Positions 49,580-58,637 of a stretch of 64,000 bases of DNA are shown here, piece by piece. The DNA is taken from positions 6,355-70,354 of the forward strand of contig CAKZVC010000073.1 of the NCBI GenBank assembly GCA_937922235.1. The letters are read 5' to 3'. This DNA comes from an uncultured Acidimicrobiales bacterium. GTDB lineage: Bacteria; Actinomycetota; Acidimicrobiia; Acidimicrobiales; SHLQ01. Positions within the stretch are counted from its first letter, which is position 1. Each line of letters starts with the position of its first letter. The notes beneath the pieces are model-generated. The model searched no databases, was not told the origin of the DNA, and was given only the letters and a program-made list of their open reading frames with translations. A program made the translations under genes and the position numbers.

Positions 49580-50575
49580 ATGGGTGCGCTTGAGGTTCAT
49601 GACGACCGTTCTGGGATCTCCGTCGTAATCCCCTGCTATCACACGCCGGGTTCTCTCGAGCGGGTGTGCCAAGAAATCACCGAACATGTCGCTCCGCTTG
49701 CTGATTCGATCGAGCTGATCCTGGTCGACGACGGCAGCACTGATGACACCTGGGGCCGGATCAGCGAGGTTTCCGAGCGCCACGATTGGGTGCGCGGAAT
49801 CCGATTGTCGCGAAACTACGGGCAACACAACGCGCTTCTCGCTGGGCTACGCCAAGCGATTCACCCGATCGTCGTCACGCTAGACGACGACCTCCAAACC
49901 CGTCCTTCCGAGGTCCCTAAACTGCTGGCCGAACTTGTCGATGGCGTCGATCTTGTCTACGGCTCACCGATTTCTGAGAGCCAGACACTTTTTCGCAACT
50001 TCGCCTCGGTCACAACAAAACGTCTTATGAGCAGGATGCTCGGGCCAGAAATCAACTCGCGTCTGAGCGCGTTCCGAGTGTTTCGCCGACGACTGCTCAG
50101 CGGCAGCACCATGGCAAACGACCCGTACATTTCGATCGATGTACTGCTGAGCTGGGCAACTCGGGGAATCACCGTCGTTGAGGTCGACTTCGACCAGCGA
50201 CAGGAGGGCACCAGCGGATACACGTTCTTCAAACTGGTTCGGCATGCGTTCAACATGATCACGGGGTACAGCACTCGACCGCTTCGCCTTGTCAGTGCGA
50301 TAGGGCTCGGAATCTCCCTGCTCGGGTTCTTCCTCTTGCTGTTCACCCTGGTTAGCTACGCAATCGACCCAACCGATGTCGAGGGTTTCACGTTCATCGC
50401 AACAGCGATCTCGCTTTTCTCGGGTGTTCAGCTGCTTAGCCTCGGGGTCGTCGGCGAGTATCTCGCACGGATGCACTTTCGAACCATGGGCCGACCCGCC
50501 TACACCATTCGGGCCGCCATTGGGCCGGAAACAGTGAGCTCCGACGTCACGGACAACGCCCACCGCGCACGTTGA
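49580..50575 (+). CDS. Polyprenyl-phosphate glycosyltransferase (GT2; ArnC/GtrB/DPM1-like)
   Basis: ISVVIPCYHTPGSL..., LILVDDGSTDDT, RLSRNYGQHNALLAG, TLDDDLQ, and two C-terminal TM helices. Start is ATG 49580 or 49556. The long 5' part of track ORF 49250.. is antisense to the aminotransferase gene. Confidence 0.8.
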   Translation: MGALEVHDDRSGISVVIPCYHTPGSLERVCQEITEHVAPLADSIELILVDDGSTDDTWGRISEVSERHDWVRGIRLSRNYGQHNALLAGLRQAIHPIVVTLDDDLQTRPSEVPKLLAELVDGVDLVYGSPISESQTLFRNFASVTTKRLMSRMLGPEINSRLSAFRVFRRRLLSGSTMANDPYISIDVLLSWATRGITVVEVDFDQRQEGTSGYTFFKLVRHAFNMITGYSTRPLRLVSAIGLGISLLGFFLLLFTLVSYAIDPTDVEGFTFIATAISLFSGVQLLSLGVVGEYLARMHFRTMGRPAYTIRAAIGPETVSSDVTDNAHRAR

Positions 50576-50576
50576 C

Positions 50577-51209
50577 TTAGGCGGCCCGAGCTTCGACGAG
50601 AACGTGGGAGTAGGGCACCCGAAGAAGATCGTGACGCACCGTCACGGTGACGTTCTCGAATACTCCACCGACAAGTTGCTCGATCTGATCGGGTGTTCGA
50701 ACGTGCTGTCCGCGGTCTCGCATTGCCAGGAACTTCCCGATCGGATGTTGACCGGGGGCGACCGTTGGGTCCACCGAGACAAAGCGTCCATCGACACCCA
50801 GGGCATCTTTCGCGGTTTGCAACGCCTCGCGCGCTTCGTCGTCATTGAGGTGATGAAGTACGCCTACTGACATTGCAAGGTCTCGGTCTCCGAACTGCGC
50901 GAGGTCGACGTCTCCAGCAGCCACATTGATGAAGCGTCCGCGGTCACCAAACCGCTCCTTGGCTGCGTGGACGTAGCTCTCGCTGTGATCGAAGCCGACA
51001 TAATCGACATTCGGGAGGTGTTCAAGAATGTCGGCGGTTCCGCAGCCAATATCCAGGATGCGGTCGCCAGCCTTTACCGAAAGGATGTTTCCGACGAGAG
51101 CGTCGCGAAACTTGTCGGCCCCGATTGTCCGTTGTGCAAATCGATAGACCGCAGGAATGGAGAAGATTCGCCTCAGCCCAGTGAGGATTTCTGAAGGTTC
51201 AGTAGCCAC
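50577..51209 (-). CDS. Class I SAM-dependent methyltransferase
   Basis: ILDIGCGTADIL (motif I), with later VGVLHHL. Confidence 0.8.
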   Translation of the reverse strand: MATEPSEILTGLRRIFSIPAVYRFAQRTIGADKFRDALVGNILSVKAGDRILDIGCGTADILEHLPNVDYVGFDHSESYVHAAKERFGDRGRFINVAAGDVDLAQFGDRDLAMSVGVLHHLNDDEAREALQTAKDALGVDGRFVSVDPTVAPGQHPIGKFLAMRDRGQHVRTPDQIEQLVGGVFENVTVTVRHDLLRVPYSHVLVEARAA

Positions 51210-51375
51210 GTATCAACCGTACCTGTCGGACAGTGCGCCGTGGAGAATGGCCCGCTCCGTATGACGAGGCGCGATCTTTTGAAAAACGAAATACGGAGCC
51301 CACTCACCGGGTTCTTACTTATGCTACGAACGACCATCTTCCCCCCAGGTGGCGTCTTCAGAAAGGCCCCGCAAC

Positions 51376-51798
51376 ATGAGCACTATTGACCTAACTACTG
51401 ACAAGTTCGAAGAGACCGTCCTCGGTGACGGGATTGTCATCGTCGACTTCTGGGCCGAATGGTGTGGCCCTTGTAAAGTCTTCGGTCCGATCTTCGAAGA
51501 CGCTGCCGAAGAGCGCCCTGAGGTCACCTTCGCCAAGGTGAACACCGAGGAAGAGCAGCAGCTGTCTGCCGAGCTCGGCATTCAGGGCATCCCGACCATC
51601 ATGGCATTCCGTGATGGCGTCCAGGTCTTCCGCCAGTCGGGGGCCCTCCCAGCAGAGGCGCTTGAGGATCTAGTCTCCCAGATCGAGAAGCTCGACATGG
51701 ACGCTGTTCATGCCGAGATCGCCAAGCACGAAGCTGAAGGTGGCCACACCCACGATGATCATCATGATCACGAGCACGGCCCTGGCTGCCAGCACTAA
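51376..51798 (+). CDS. trxA: Thioredoxin with His-rich C-terminal extension
   Basis: VDFWAEWCGPCKVFGP active site, GIPTIMAFRDG, and tail HEAEGGHTHDDHHDHEHGPGCQH. Confidence 0.9.
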   Translation: MSTIDLTTDKFEETVLGDGIVIVDFWAEWCGPCKVFGPIFEDAAEERPEVTFAKVNTEEEQQLSAELGIQGIPTIMAFRDGVQVFRQSGALPAEALEDLVSQIEKLDMDAVHAEIAKHEAEGGHTHDDHHDHEHGPGCQH

Positions 51799-51838
51799 CG
51801 AAACGCTAAACCACTAGCGCTCGGCACGAAGCGACTGC

Positions 51839-51877
51839 GAACCGGCACCTTCTCGGAGGTGCCGGTTCTGCGTTTTC
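51839..51877 (+). terminator. Rho-independent terminator after thioredoxin
   Basis: GAACCGGCACC-TTCTCGGA-GGTGCCGGTTC hairpin followed by TGCGTTTTC. Confidence 0.7.
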
Positions 51878-51937
51878 ATTCGAGAATCTGAGGTCAACGG
51901 TCAACAGATCTTGAATGGGGCTGCTTGACTGGAAACC

Positions 51938-52474
51938 ATGACGACATCTCCTCCGCCCGCTGAAGCCGACGACAAAGATTGGACGTGGGTCCTCGATCGC
52001 ACCTGCCCCGACTGCAACGCGTCAGTCGGCACGATGTCGATCGACGAGGTCGCTGAGCTCAATCGCAGCTGTGGCGAGTCGTGGGCCGAGGTATTGCGAA
52101 CCCACAAGGCCGTCGCTGAGCGTCCCGCTCCCGAGACATGGAGCCCACTCGAATACGGCTGCCATGTGCGCGACGTGTTTCGGCTGTTCCTCATGCGTCT
52201 CGAATTGATGCTGTCCGAGGACGACCCAATGTTCGCGAATTGGAATCCAAACGAAACCCAAGAAGCTGAGCGCTACGACCTGCAGGATCCCGAAACGGTT
52301 TCTGGCGAGATCGTCGAAGCGGCCAACGCAATCGCCGATCGGTTCGCCGAACTGACGCCCGACCAACTCGCCCGCACGGGCCGTCGCAGCGATGGAGCTA
52401 GCTTCACGGTTGAGTCATTCGCCCGCTACGAGATTCACGACCCGGTACATCATCTCTGGGACGTCACCCGGTAG
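51938..52474 (+). CDS. DinB-family (mycothiol maleylpyruvate isomerase N-domain-like) protein
   Basis: 178 aa. WSPLEYGCHVRDV...and C-terminal HDPVHHLWD His pattern. Recognised only at family level. Confidence 0.55.
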   Translation: MTTSPPPAEADDKDWTWVLDRTCPDCNASVGTMSIDEVAELNRSCGESWAEVLRTHKAVAERPAPETWSPLEYGCHVRDVFRLFLMRLELMLSEDDPMFANWNPNETQEAERYDLQDPETVSGEIVEAANAIADRFAELTPDQLARTGRRSDGASFTVESFARYEIHDPVHHLWDVTR

Positions 52475-52504
52475 CTCTCGAACAAAGTGGCTTGTAGAGA
52501 TCTC

Positions 52505-53332
52505 TTAGCGCCGAAGCTCGAAGATCATCGGGGTTGACCAAGTGGCAGGAAGCTTGCTGACAGCTCGTGTGATTCCGATGGACGTAAGCGCCGAGGCAAT
52601 CTTCCCGATCTGTTCGTGACGGCTTCGAAAGACCTCGTCGTGATGTAGGCGCTCAATAGAGCGCGCAAGAAGAGATGGCTCGAACGAGACTTCGAGGTCG
52701 AGCTCGGCAGCGGTCGCGAGAACTTGCGACGCCGTGATGAAGTTCAGCGACTTCCAGAGCGAACTATCAGTGATCGAGCTCGACAGCATGACCGTCGACC
52801 GAGCCGGGGCGAACGGCACGAGAGGCCGACCAAAATGCGGTTCGAATGGAACCGCATAGTTCGGGCATTCGTGCACCATGCGTCCATTGGGTGCAAGCAC
52901 GTTAGCCATCGAAGACAAGGCGACTGTTGGGTCTTGGACATGTTCGAGCACATTGATCGAGTAGATGAGGTCGAAGGGTCCGTCGGTGCCGGCGTCGAGA
53001 TCTTCCACACCGCTCGTGCGAAAGGTAACCGCTTCCCAGCCCCCTTCACCACGATCAAGTTCCCTGCGGTGCTCGAACCCAAGACCTCCCGGTTCGAGCG
53101 CCATCACCGAGTGCCCAAGACTGGCAACGAAGCCGCTGAGTACTCCGAGCCCAGCTCCAACTTCGAGCACGGTCTTTGTACCTTCGAGGTACTTTCCAAT
53201 GATCGTTGTGCCGTGCCGGGCTTCGCCTATGGCCGTTTCAACCTGGGCGGCACCGAGCACCCCCTCGAGTAGAGCCAGTTCAGTGCGAGAAGCACCGATA
53301 AAGGCGTCGAAGCGCTCGAGGAGGTCCTCCAT
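52505..53332 (-). CDS. Class I SAM-dependent methyltransferase
   Basis: VLEVGAGLGVLSGFVA (motif I), and FDLIYSINVLEHVQDP. Confidence 0.75.
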   Translation of the reverse strand: MEDLLERFDAFIGASRTELALLEGVLGAAQVETAIGEARHGTTIIGKYLEGTKTVLEVGAGLGVLSGFVASLGHSVMALEPGGLGFEHRRELDRGEGGWEAVTFRTSGVEDLDAGTDGPFDLIYSINVLEHVQDPTVALSSMANVLAPNGRMVHECPNYAVPFEPHFGRPLVPFAPARSTVMLSSSITDSSLWKSLNFITASQVLATAAELDLEVSFEPSLLARSIERLHHDEVFRSRHEQIGKIASALTSIGITRAVSKLPATWSTPMIFELRR

Positions 53333-53361
53333 GTTTTTGCGGGCTGCTACGTGGCGTAGCG

Positions 53362-54246
53362 CTAGAGGGTCTTTACGATTTCGGCCATGAGGTCGCCAGC
53401 TTCGGTTGGGTTGAGCCCGACCTTCACGCCTGCGTCTTCGAGCGCTTCCATCTTGGCCTTCGCGGTGCCCTTGCCTCCGGAGACGATCGCGCCTGCGTGA
53501 CCCATCTTCTTGCCGGGAGGTGCCGTAACGCCGGCGATGTAGCTGACGACTGGCTTCGTGACGTTGGCCTTGATGTACTCAGCAGCTTCTTCTTCAGCTG
53601 AGCCACCGATCTCACCAATCATCATGATCGCTTCGGTTTCGGGATCAGCTTCGAACGCCGCAAGACAGTCGATGAAGTTGGTGCCAGGCACAGGGTCTCC
53701 ACCGATACCAACCGACGTGGTGACGCCGATGTCCTTTTCCTTCAGCTCGTACACGGCCTGGTACGTGAGCGTTCCCGAGCGACTCACGACGCCAACCGGA
53801 CCGCCAGCCTTTGCGATGTGACCGGCGGTGATACCGATGTTCGCTTTTCCGGGGCCGATGATGCCTGGGCAGTTCGGGCCGAGCAGGCGAGTGCCCGGGT
53901 AGTCGGTGATCAGCTTGTTGTAGAACCACGCTTCGTCATGGGCAGGGACGCCTTCGGTGATGACGACGACGAGTTCCATGCCTGCCTCGGCAGCTTCCAT
54001 GACTGCGCCTTTCACCGCTGGCGGGGGCACGAAGACGCAGCTTGCATTGCATCCAGTCTCTGCCTTTGCGTCGGCTACCGATGCGAAGATCGGCATGCCG
54101 TCTACGTCGGTTCCGGCCTTCTTGGGGTGCGTGCCGCCGACGATGTTCGTGCCGTACTCACGGTTGAGGTTGCCGTAGTAGCGACCGGTGCTTCCGGTGA
54201 GGCCTTGGTAGACGACCTTGGTGGTTTCATCGAGAAAAATTGCCAT
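53362..54246 (-). CDS. sucD: Succinyl-CoA synthetase alpha subunit
   Basis: [14 protein letters not shown]..., [16 protein letters not shown], and phospho-His region [13 protein letters not shown]. Confidence 0.95.
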   Translation of the reverse strand: MAIFLDETTKVVYQGLTGSTGRYYGNLNREYGTNIVGGTHPKKAGTDVDGMPIFASVADAKAETGCNASCVFVPPPAVKGAVMEAAEAGMELVVVITEGVPAHDEAWFYNKLITDYPGTRLLGPNCPGIIGPGKANIGITAGHIAKAGGPVGVVSRSGTLTYQAVYELKEKDIGVTTSVGIGGDPVPGTNFIDCLAAFEADPETEAIMMIGEIGGSAEEEAAEYIKANVTKPVVSYIAGVTAPPGKKMGHAGAIVSGGKGTAKAKMEALEDAGVKVGLNPTEAGDLMAEIVKTL

Positions 54247-54276
54247 TGTTCTTCAGTCCTATTCAGTCGTTCGGGT

Positions 54277-55419
54277 TCAGCCAGCGACGAGCGATACGGC
54301 CTTTTCGGCGGCGCTCAGCATCGTGGGTTCCATCATGAGTGCATCGCCCAGGTGCGGTTCGAGCATGTCTCGTCCCTGCTGCGCGTTGGTTCCGTCGAGG
54401 CGGATGACGATCGGGCTATCGATCTTCACTCGCTTCATTGCTTCGATGATTCCCTCAGCGACTTCTTCGCCGCGGGTGATGCCGCCGAAGATGTTGATGA
54501 AGATCGACTTGACGTTCGGGTCGTTGTTGATGACCTCAAGCGCACCGGCCATCACGTCGGCGTTCGCGCCGCCACCGATGTCGAGGAAGTTCGCCGGCTT
54601 GCCGCCGACCTGGTTGACGACGTCGAGGGTGCTCATCGCAAGACCAGCGCCGTTCGCAATGACGCCGACCGAACCGTCGAGACCAACGTATTGCAGTCCC
54701 TTTGCATGGGCAGCAGCTTCGCGCTCGTCGCGGGTTTGGGTGGCGTCGTATTGCTCGTAGTCGGGGTGGCGGAACTCGGAGTTGCCGTCGAGGGTGACCT
54801 TGGCGTCGAGCACGTGCACGACGCCTTCGGGGGTAAGGATCAGTGGGTTGATCTCGACCATGTCGGCGTCGCCTTCGACGTACGCGGTGTAGAGCTTCTG
54901 CAGAATGTCGACCGAACCTTCGACTGCGGCTTCGGGGAGGTTTGCTGCGGCGATCCAACCACGAACATCGGCTTCGCTGAGGCCAACGACTGGGTCAACC
55001 CAGATCTTGGCGATCGCATCGGGGTTCTCTTCAGCGACGGTTTCGATCTCGACGCCGCCTTCCTTAGACAGCATGCCGAGGTGCTTCTTGGCTGAGCGGT
55101 CGAGGGTGAAGCTGGCGTAGTACTCCTCGGCAATGTCAGAGGCCTTTTCGATCCACACCCGCTTGACGATGTGTCCCTTGATGTCGAGTCCGAGGATGTT
55201 GTTGGCGTGCTCGCGAACGTCGTCGACAGTGGCGGCGAACTTCACGCCGCCGGCCTTGCCACGTCCACCGGTGTGGACCTGTGCCTTCACCATCACCGGG
55301 GTTCCGAGCTCTTCGGCGGCAGCAACTGCCTCGTCGACCGAGAAGGCGATCTTTCCTGGCGACACGGGCATGCCATATTCGGCAAAGAACTGTTTGCCTT
55401 GGTACTCGAACAGATCCAC
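54277..55419 (-). CDS. sucC: Succinyl-CoA synthetase beta subunit
   Basis: MDLFEYQGKQFFAEYGMPV..., VMVKAQVHTGGRGKAGGVKFA, and NFLDIGGGA. Confidence 0.95.
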   Translation of the reverse strand: MDLFEYQGKQFFAEYGMPVSPGKIAFSVDEAVAAAEELGTPVMVKAQVHTGGRGKAGGVKFAATVDDVREHANNILGLDIKGHIVKRVWIEKASDIAEEYYASFTLDRSAKKHLGMLSKEGGVEIETVAEENPDAIAKIWVDPVVGLSEADVRGWIAAANLPEAAVEGSVDILQKLYTAYVEGDADMVEINPLILTPEGVVHVLDAKVTLDGNSEFRHPDYEQYDATQTRDEREAAAHAKGLQYVGLDGSVGVIANGAGLAMSTLDVVNQVGGKPANFLDIGGGANADVMAGALEVINNDPNVKSIFINIFGGITRGEEVAEGIIEAMKRVKIDSPIVIRLDGTNAQQGRDMLEPHLGDALMMEPTMLSAAEKAVSLVAG

Positions 55420-55520
55420 TGGTTCCTCTTTCGTCGGGCTTGGTCTGACGTCGTGATCGGCAGACTCTCCAGCGATACTAAAGGACTACGCCAGCGTTCC
55501 AGGTGGTTGGAGAGAGCTTT

Positions 55521-56012
55521 ATGCCCGTTGCTAAGGGTCCGAAATTCAACATCCGTAGTGGTCTCATCTTTGGCGGCCTCGCGGTGGTCGCCGCCATCGT
55601 GCTGGGGTTCGTCGCAATCACCCTCGGCAGCCGGTCGAACCGGTTGGTTTTGGGAGACACCAACTTCAGTTCGATCAGCGCCGCAAACATGTCGGCAGAG
55701 ATTGCGGAGAACGGTCCGATCCTCTGGCCAGATATCGCAAACGGCACGCGTGACATCTGGTTGCAGCACACCGGTGACGACCCGGGCGAGGGATGGTTCG
55801 CATTCGACGCCCGACGTGCCGGCGAGGGCCGAGAGTGCAACGTGCAGTGGAGTATTACCGACCGCACGTTCACCGGCGCGTGCTCCGACGAGGTGTTTCC
55901 GGAAACCGGCGATGGACTGCCGCAGATTCCGGTGTACATCGATGAGTTCACCCTCGTGATTGACATCAACGGAATCCATGAGGCCAGTGATTTCGCTGGC
56001 TACGCCGGCTGA
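55521..56012 (+). CDS. Hypothetical membrane-anchored protein
   Basis: ATG 55521 is preceded by GGAGAGAG. Single N-terminal helix GLIFGGLAVVAAIVLGFVAI followed by a soluble domain. No motif recognised. Confidence 0.5.
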   Translation: MPVAKGPKFNIRSGLIFGGLAVVAAIVLGFVAITLGSRSNRLVLGDTNFSSISAANMSAEIAENGPILWPDIANGTRDIWLQHTGDDPGEGWFAFDARRAGEGRECNVQWSITDRTFTGACSDEVFPETGDGLPQIPVYIDEFTLVIDINGIHEASDFAGYAG

Positions 56013-56235
56013 GACTCCACTTTGGGTAACTGAATTTGTTAGCGGTACCTCTCATTTCGGGGGCCCGGATGCCGAAATGGGATGTACGGGAGAAGCCGTG
56101 TGTTTTTGCACAGCGTGGCGGATTCTTTCGAGGTGAACCTGCAGGCGGGCTCGTTCACCAGAGTGAAGTGGCTCAAGAACGGCGGGTTCTCGGGCCACTT
56201 TCCTCGTTTTGGCAACAAACGCGAGTTAGTGGCGT

Positions 56236-58503
56236 TTACAGCTTCTCGAGTGGGGCCCAGCTCAACAGCAGTTGCTTCTCGCCGGCATCGGGAAAGCGAA
56301 CCCGCGCCTCGGCCTTATCGCCGCTTCCCGTGATGTCGATGATGATGCCCTCGCCGAACTTGGCGTGGCGAACATCGTCGCCGATCTTTAAGCCCAATTC
56401 GTCGGCGCCAGACGGCGTTGGGCCGGTGCGACGCATTGCCGTTTCGACCATCTCATCGCGGTTCTGCGCCCGACGAGCTTCTCGGTCGCGCGAGGTATAG
56501 CCCGACCCTCCCCCGTAACTCGACGAGCCAAAGCTCGAACCGTAACTCGACGACGACCCACCGAAGCTCGACGACTTGCGACGAGCTCGGCTGCCTTCTG
56601 CATCAGTGATCAGCTCGGCCGGGATCTCATCGAGGAAACGACTCGGCGGGTTGTACTGCGTCGTGCCGTGCAACATTCGGCTCCACGCGTGCGACAAGAA
56701 CAGGCGCTCTCGAGCGCGGGTGATGCCCACGTACGCCAAGCGGCGTTCTTCTTCGAGTTCCCGAGGCTCGCCAAGTGACCGCATGTGCGGAAAGACCCCG
56801 TCTTCGAGACCGATGAGAAAGACGACCGGGTACTCGAGCCCTTTGGCCGAGTGCAGGGTCATCAAGACCACCTGCGATTCGTCGTCGTCGAGCTTGTCGG
56901 TGTCGGCCACGAGGCTGACCTGTTCGAGGAACTCCTCGACCGACTCAAAGTCTTCGGCACCGCCGACGAGCTCGGCCAGGTTCTCGATGCGACCCTCGGC
57001 CTCGATGGATCGTTCTTCTTCGAGGTCGGCCATGTAGCCCGAGGCATCGAGAAGGTAGCGGAGCATTTCCGCCGGTCCGGTGTCGGTGAGCTTCTCCGCC
57101 GCATCGTCGATGAGAACCAAGAACTCGTCGATGCCCTTCGGAGCTCGGCCAGTCACGCCGGCCTCGTCGTAGTGGCGGAGCGCATCGATAAACGGCACTC
57201 CATTCATCTGTGCCCACTGATCGAGCTTTGCAACGGTCGAATCGCCCACGCCACGCTTGGGCGTGTTGAGAATCCGCTTGATGCTGACCTCGTCGACCGG
57301 GTTCACCACGGCCTTTAAGTACGCCAGCGTGTCTTTGACCTCGCGGCGGTCGTAGAAGCGGGTGCCGCCAACGACCTTGTACGGGATATTGACCCGAACG
57401 AGGTATTCCTCGAGCGCACGGCTCTGCGCGTTCGTGCGGTAGAAGACCGCCATGTCGCCCCAACGATGCTGACCGCCCTCGTGGATGCGGGCGAGCTCGT
57501 GAGCCACCCACTGCGCCTCGTCGGTCTCGTCGTCGGCGAAGTAGCGGAGGATCTTCTCGCCGTGGCCCTGTTCGGTCCACAGCTCCTTCGGCTTGCGACC
57601 CTCGTTGTTTTCGATGACAGCGTTGGCTGCGTCGAGAACCGTTTGGGTGCTTCGGTAGTTCTGCTCGAGGAGCACCACCCGCGCATCGGGGAATGTGGTT
57701 TCGAATTCAAGAATGTTGCGAATGTCAGCGCCGCGGAATCGATAGATCGACTGGTCGCCGTCGCCCACCACGCACACCTGACGGTGCGCCTCGCCGAGCA
57801 TCGTAACGATGGCGTTCTGCACCATGTTCGTGTCCTGGTACTCATCGACCAACACATGGCGGAACCGGCGCTGGTAGTGGTCGAGCACGTCAGGATGCTT
57901 CTTGAACAGCTCGACGGTGTTGAACAGCAGGTCGTCGAAGTCCATCGCGCCGGCCTTCAGCAGGCGAGCCTGATATTCGGCGTAGACGTCGGCGATCTTG
58001 CGCTCGAAGATCGTCTGCGCGGCTTCGGTGTATTCGATGACGGTCTTGTAGTCGTTCTTCGCCGAGCTGATCGCTCCGTGCACCGTTCGGGGAGGGAACT
58101 TCTTGGTGTCGAGGTTGAGGTCACGCAGCACGTAGCCGGTGAGGCGCACCGCGTCGGACTGGTCGTAGATCGTGAACGACGACGGGAACCCCAACCGGTC
58201 GGCATTGCTACGCAGAATGCGAACGCATGCCGAGTGGAACGTGCTGACCCACATCTTCTCGGCGACCGGCCCAACCAGCGCGCCGACACGTGTCTTCATC
58301 TCGTCGGCGGCCTTGTTCGTGAACGTGATCGCTAAGATTTCGAACGGTGACGCTCCGCGTTCTTGGATTAGATGTGCGATCCGGTGCGTGAGTACCCGAG
58401 TTTTGCCCGACCCCGCTCCAGCGATGATCAGAAGCGGCCCTGCATCGTGCAGCACTGCATCTTCTTGGGCGGGATTGAGTCCTTCAATGAGTGCGCTCGA
58501 CAT
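56236..58503 (-). CDS. pcrA: ATP-dependent DNA helicase PcrA/UvrD
   Basis: ATG 58503 gives MSSALIEGLNPAQEDAV.... AGAGSGKTRVLTHRIAHLI, VDEYQDTN, and C-terminal Tudor-like HAKFGEGII. Confidence 0.93.
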   Translation of the reverse strand: MSSALIEGLNPAQEDAVLHDAGPLLIIAGAGSGKTRVLTHRIAHLIQERGASPFEILAITFTNKAADEMKTRVGALVGPVAEKMWVSTFHSACVRILRSNADRLGFPSSFTIYDQSDAVRLTGYVLRDLNLDTKKFPPRTVHGAISSAKNDYKTVIEYTEAAQTIFERKIADVYAEYQARLLKAGAMDFDDLLFNTVELFKKHPDVLDHYQRRFRHVLVDEYQDTNMVQNAIVTMLGEAHRQVCVVGDGDQSIYRFRGADIRNILEFETTFPDARVVLLEQNYRSTQTVLDAANAVIENNEGRKPKELWTEQGHGEKILRYFADDETDEAQWVAHELARIHEGGQHRWGDMAVFYRTNAQSRALEEYLVRVNIPYKVVGGTRFYDRREVKDTLAYLKAVVNPVDEVSIKRILNTPKRGVGDSTVAKLDQWAQMNGVPFIDALRHYDEAGVTGRAPKGIDEFLVLIDDAAEKLTDTGPAEMLRYLLDASGYMADLEEERSIEAEGRIENLAELVGGAEDFESVEEFLEQVSLVADTDKLDDDESQVVLMTLHSAKGLEYPVVFLIGLEDGVFPHMRSLGEPRELEEERRLAYVGITRARERLFLSHAWSRMLHGTTQYNPPSRFLDEIPAELITDAEGSRARRKSSSFGGSSSSYGSSFGSSSYGGGSGYTSRDREARRAQNRDEMVETAMRRTGPTPSGADELGLKIGDDVRHAKFGEGIIIDITGSGDKAEARVRFPDAGEKQLLLSWAPLEKL

Positions 58504-58580
58504 TGCTTCAACCATACACACGTTCGCCCACTGATCGGGCCGACGACGAAGGACAGTCGGTGCTCTATTGGCAGCTACAC

Positions 58581-58637
58581 GCAGCTAACGCTGTAGCTCG
58601 CAGCTAACGCTGTAGCTCGCAACTAGCGCTGTGCCAC
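58581..58637. repeat. 19-bp tandem repeat (2 perfect + 1 degenerate copy)
   Basis: GCAGCTAACGCTGTAGCTC at 58581-58599 and 58600-58618. The degenerate copy GCAACTAGCGCTGTGCCAC overlaps the stop of the 58623..60059 gene. Each unit contains AGCTA...TAGCT. Confidence 0.8.

Noticed and set aside
56053-56079. 8-bp stem CATTTCGG/CCGAAATG in the 220-bp convergent intergenic region after 55521..56012.
   Set aside because: The 11-nt loop and the absence of a flanking U/A tract give too little evidence to call a terminator or sRNA. The plus-strand ORFs listed here (56036.., 56082..) run into pcrA antisense and look spurious.
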